A stretch of DNA of 64,000 nucleotides, from NCBI GenBank assembly GCA_043228905.1, contig JBHGNT010000016.1, forward strand, positions 16,120,001-16,184,000. The letters run 5' to 3'. Numbering within the stretch: the first letter of the stretch is position 1; each line of letters opens with the position of its first letter. The position numbers were made by a program, and so were the translations under genes. Shown one piece after another: positions 61,301-64,000 of the stretch. This stretch comes from Azolla caroliniana (lineage: Eukaryota > Plantae > Polypodiophyta). The notes beneath the pieces were generated by a model. The model had not been told where the DNA came from and did not search any database. It worked only from the letters and a program-made list of their open reading frames with translations.

Positions 61301-63789
61301 GTACAATGTTTTCTTGGTTTTGCTAATTTCTGCCGCAAGTTTATACAAGATTACTCGAAGATTATTTTACCTCTCACACAGCTTACGAAGAAGGGACAGG
61401 CATTTCTTTGGTCCAATGAAGCAAACATGGCTTTTCGGCATCTTAAGAAAGCCTTTACATCAGCTCCTATTCTAGCTCATGTGGATACAAACAAACCATT
61501 CATCATGGAGGCCGGCACATCGGATTTCACCCTTGGTAGCATCCTTTCTCAACAAGGAGATAAAGAAGAGTTACATCCTGTGGCTTTCCATTCGCGCAAG
61601 TTTGATGCCACGGAAATCAAATACGAGATACATGACAAGGAGTTATTAGTCATCGTGGATTCATTTGTGTAATGGCAGCACTTCTTAGAGGGCTCTCCAC
61701 ATCAGGTCATCATCTTCAGTGATCACAAAAATCTTGCTTATTTCCAGAACGCTCGTGTACTAAATCGACGACAAGGTCAGTGGGCCCAATTCCTCACGCA
61801 TTTTGACTTCAAAATCACATATCGATTGGGGAAGAAGAAAGGAAAAGCAAATGCACTATCGCGACGTTCATATCTTGCACCTCGTCCTAGTGATCTAGCG
61901 TTTGATAATCAAAAGTAGGTAATCTTGGGACCAACATGTTTGCACACAACGCGGATTTTTCACTCTCTACTAGATTCCCGAATTATCCATACCATACGTG
62001 CTAACTTGAAGACAAACAGTTTTGCTCAAGCCATTCTAGCGCACATTGATACCTCTCGGGCATCCTGTTCCCAGTTTCAACAACTAGGTATGGACTACTG
62101 ACAATTCGAATATCAGGATGGTTTATTGTACTTTAAAAAGCTCGTATAAGTTCCCAATTGCTCCTATCGCCTTCAAATCGTCCAAAATTGTCACGACACC
62201 CATACAACGGGACATTTCGATAGTACAAAGACGTTGGATCTAGTTCAACGATATTTTTGGTGGCCCCATATGCGATGTTTTGTCGATGACTACATTCGGA
62301 CCTGTGATGCTTGCTGCCGAGCAAAGATGCCACGACATCAATATGGCTTGTTGGAACCCTTACCGATTCCAAGTAAGACGTGGCAGTCTATTTGTCTTGA
62401 TTTTATCACAGATCTACTGGTCTCGAAGGGTTTCGATGTTGTTTTAACCGTTGTTGATCGATATACTAAGATGGCACATTTTGTGCCGTGTACTAAGGCC
62501 ATCACTAGTGAGGAAACCGCCGCCATTGTCATGCGTGAGGTATTTCGGCATCATGGCCTCCCAGACAGTATCATCAGTGACTGAGGATCTCAATCCGTCT
62601 CCAAATTTTGGAAGCATCTCTTCAAGATGGTCAAGGTCTCTTGTAACCTCTCCTCCGGCTACCATCCCTAGACCGACGGGCAGGTGGGACGAACAAATGA
62701 AACACTGGAACAATACCTCTGGTGTTTTCTGAGTTATCAGTAGGATGATTAGGCTGATATTCTCCACTTTGCAGAGCTTGCTTATAATAACGCTATTCAC
62801 TCCTCGACTCGGGTCTCCCCATTTTACGCTTATACTAGTTCTCATCCTTGTTGGTCTGTGATCGACAACCCGGAGCTACCTACCAATCCTCGTGCCGAGG
62901 ATTATTTGGAGAGGCTAGGCAAGATTCAGATGGATCTCTCTACTCATCCTCGTCATGCTCAACACACACAAAAGACTTATGCGGATCGTCATCGGCTTCC
63001 CTCCTCTTTTGCCATCGGATACCGAGTATGGCTCTTACGTCGTCACATCAAGACTATTCGATCGTGCGAAAAGTTGGATTATCGACGATTCAGTCCTTTC
63101 CGTATTAATGGTAAGGTTAATGATGTCACATTTCGCCTTGATCTTCCCCCGCGTCTTCAGATACATCTGGTCTTCCATAGTTCTCTTCTTGAACCTTATA
63201 AAGCAAACACTATTCCCGATCGTGTTACACAACCGCCGCCCCCACTTGAGTTAGATGCCGACCTAGAGTATGAAGTTGTTGCCATCCTCGACTCCAAATT
63301 TATTCGCAACAAACTTTATTATTTGGTCGATTGGCTTGGCTATAGTTTGAGCGAACATACTTGGGAACCCGCCAAGCATGTCACCAATGCCTAAGATCTT
63401 CTTGCTGATTTCCACCGATAGTATCCGGACAAACCCGGTCCTCAATCAGTGCCGACTCGTTACACTCATCATCGTAAGGGGGGGATAGTGTCATGATATG
63501 GCAAAACTCAAACCCATGACCTTATGTTATATGGGTCAAGCTCTTGACCATTATACCATCTATTGTAATACGTAGGATATTATTTTCATTTAAGTTTCAT
63601 TATAGGAAATTAATGCATATTTCATTATAGAAGCTTCAAGACTCCTCTTGAGAACACTATAAAAGGAGGCACAAGGGATTATGTTGAACAAAATTGGTTC
63701 AACGCTAGTCTTAAGCCTCATAGCCATTTTTTACTTACTCTTCATATAATATATCATCTGTTATCATCATTATCTCTCTCTCTCTCGTC

Positions 63790-63825
<36 letters not shown>

Positions 63826-63931
63826 CTCTCTCCCTCTCTCAAGAGTCTTATGCAATCCCGTCCTCTTAGTACTAATAGTACTTCCCTTCTCTAGTTCTAA
63901 TTCTCTCTCTATTTTAGTACTATTCTTGACA
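58323..63931 (+). mobile_element. Gypsy chromovirus G4 (Tcn1-like), decayed, with chromodomain
   Basis: LTRs 58323-58731 and 63489-63931. PPT AAGGGGGGGATAG. LLDSGADSCF, IYLDD, FLGFANF, CLDFITDL. Chromodomain YEVVAILDSK...YYLVDWLGY...TWEP. Weak TSD GTGCC/ATGCG. Confidence 0.92.
58330..58397 (-). ncRNA. tRNA-like module at the U3 end of the G4 5' LTR; the second copy is at ~63496-63563
   Basis: Minus strand ATAGATGGTATAATGGTC (A-box)...AGGTCATGGGTTCGAGTC (B-box), followed by the LTR terminus ATGACA. Confidence 0.6.
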
Positions 63932-64000
63932 ATGCGAGAGGAACTCTTTCGTTTACGAATGTCATCAACATTGGAGTATACCGATTATGAGAGGGAATTT

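Noticed and set aside
37821-63563. Calling the LTR tRNA-like units functional tRNA genes
   Set aside because: There is no canonical anticodon arm, and the D or acceptor stems are incomplete. They are reported only as tRNA-derived promoter-like modules.

Overview
This is land-plant nuclear DNA. The transposon lineages suggest a fern or other non-seed plant, but that is inference. There is one host gene, a G-type (bulb-lectin/PAN) S-domain non-RD receptor-like kinase at ~0.7-3.85 kb. The remaining ~60 kb is a deeply nested retroelement block: at least five Copia pieces, four coding Gypsy elements, two non-autonomous LTR elements and three LINE fragments. Most LTR boundaries, TSDs, PBS and PPT sites can be read directly from the sequence. 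Five features stand out. (1) Three different Gypsy families carry an antisense tRNA-like Pol III A/B-box module inside both LTRs. (2) Two elements lack a PPT and instead have a tRNA-3'-end-like sequence (an inverted second PBS) just upstream of the 3' LTR. (3) Two chromoviruses show Tf1-type self-priming geometry. (4) An autonomous-type/non-autonomous pair shares a tRNA-Trp PBS, 4-bp NCGG TSDs and a covarying hairpin. (5) The pol-encoding member of that pair has a GGAUUUUUAG -1 frameshift signal after the protease. All calls were made by eye and no database searches were run.
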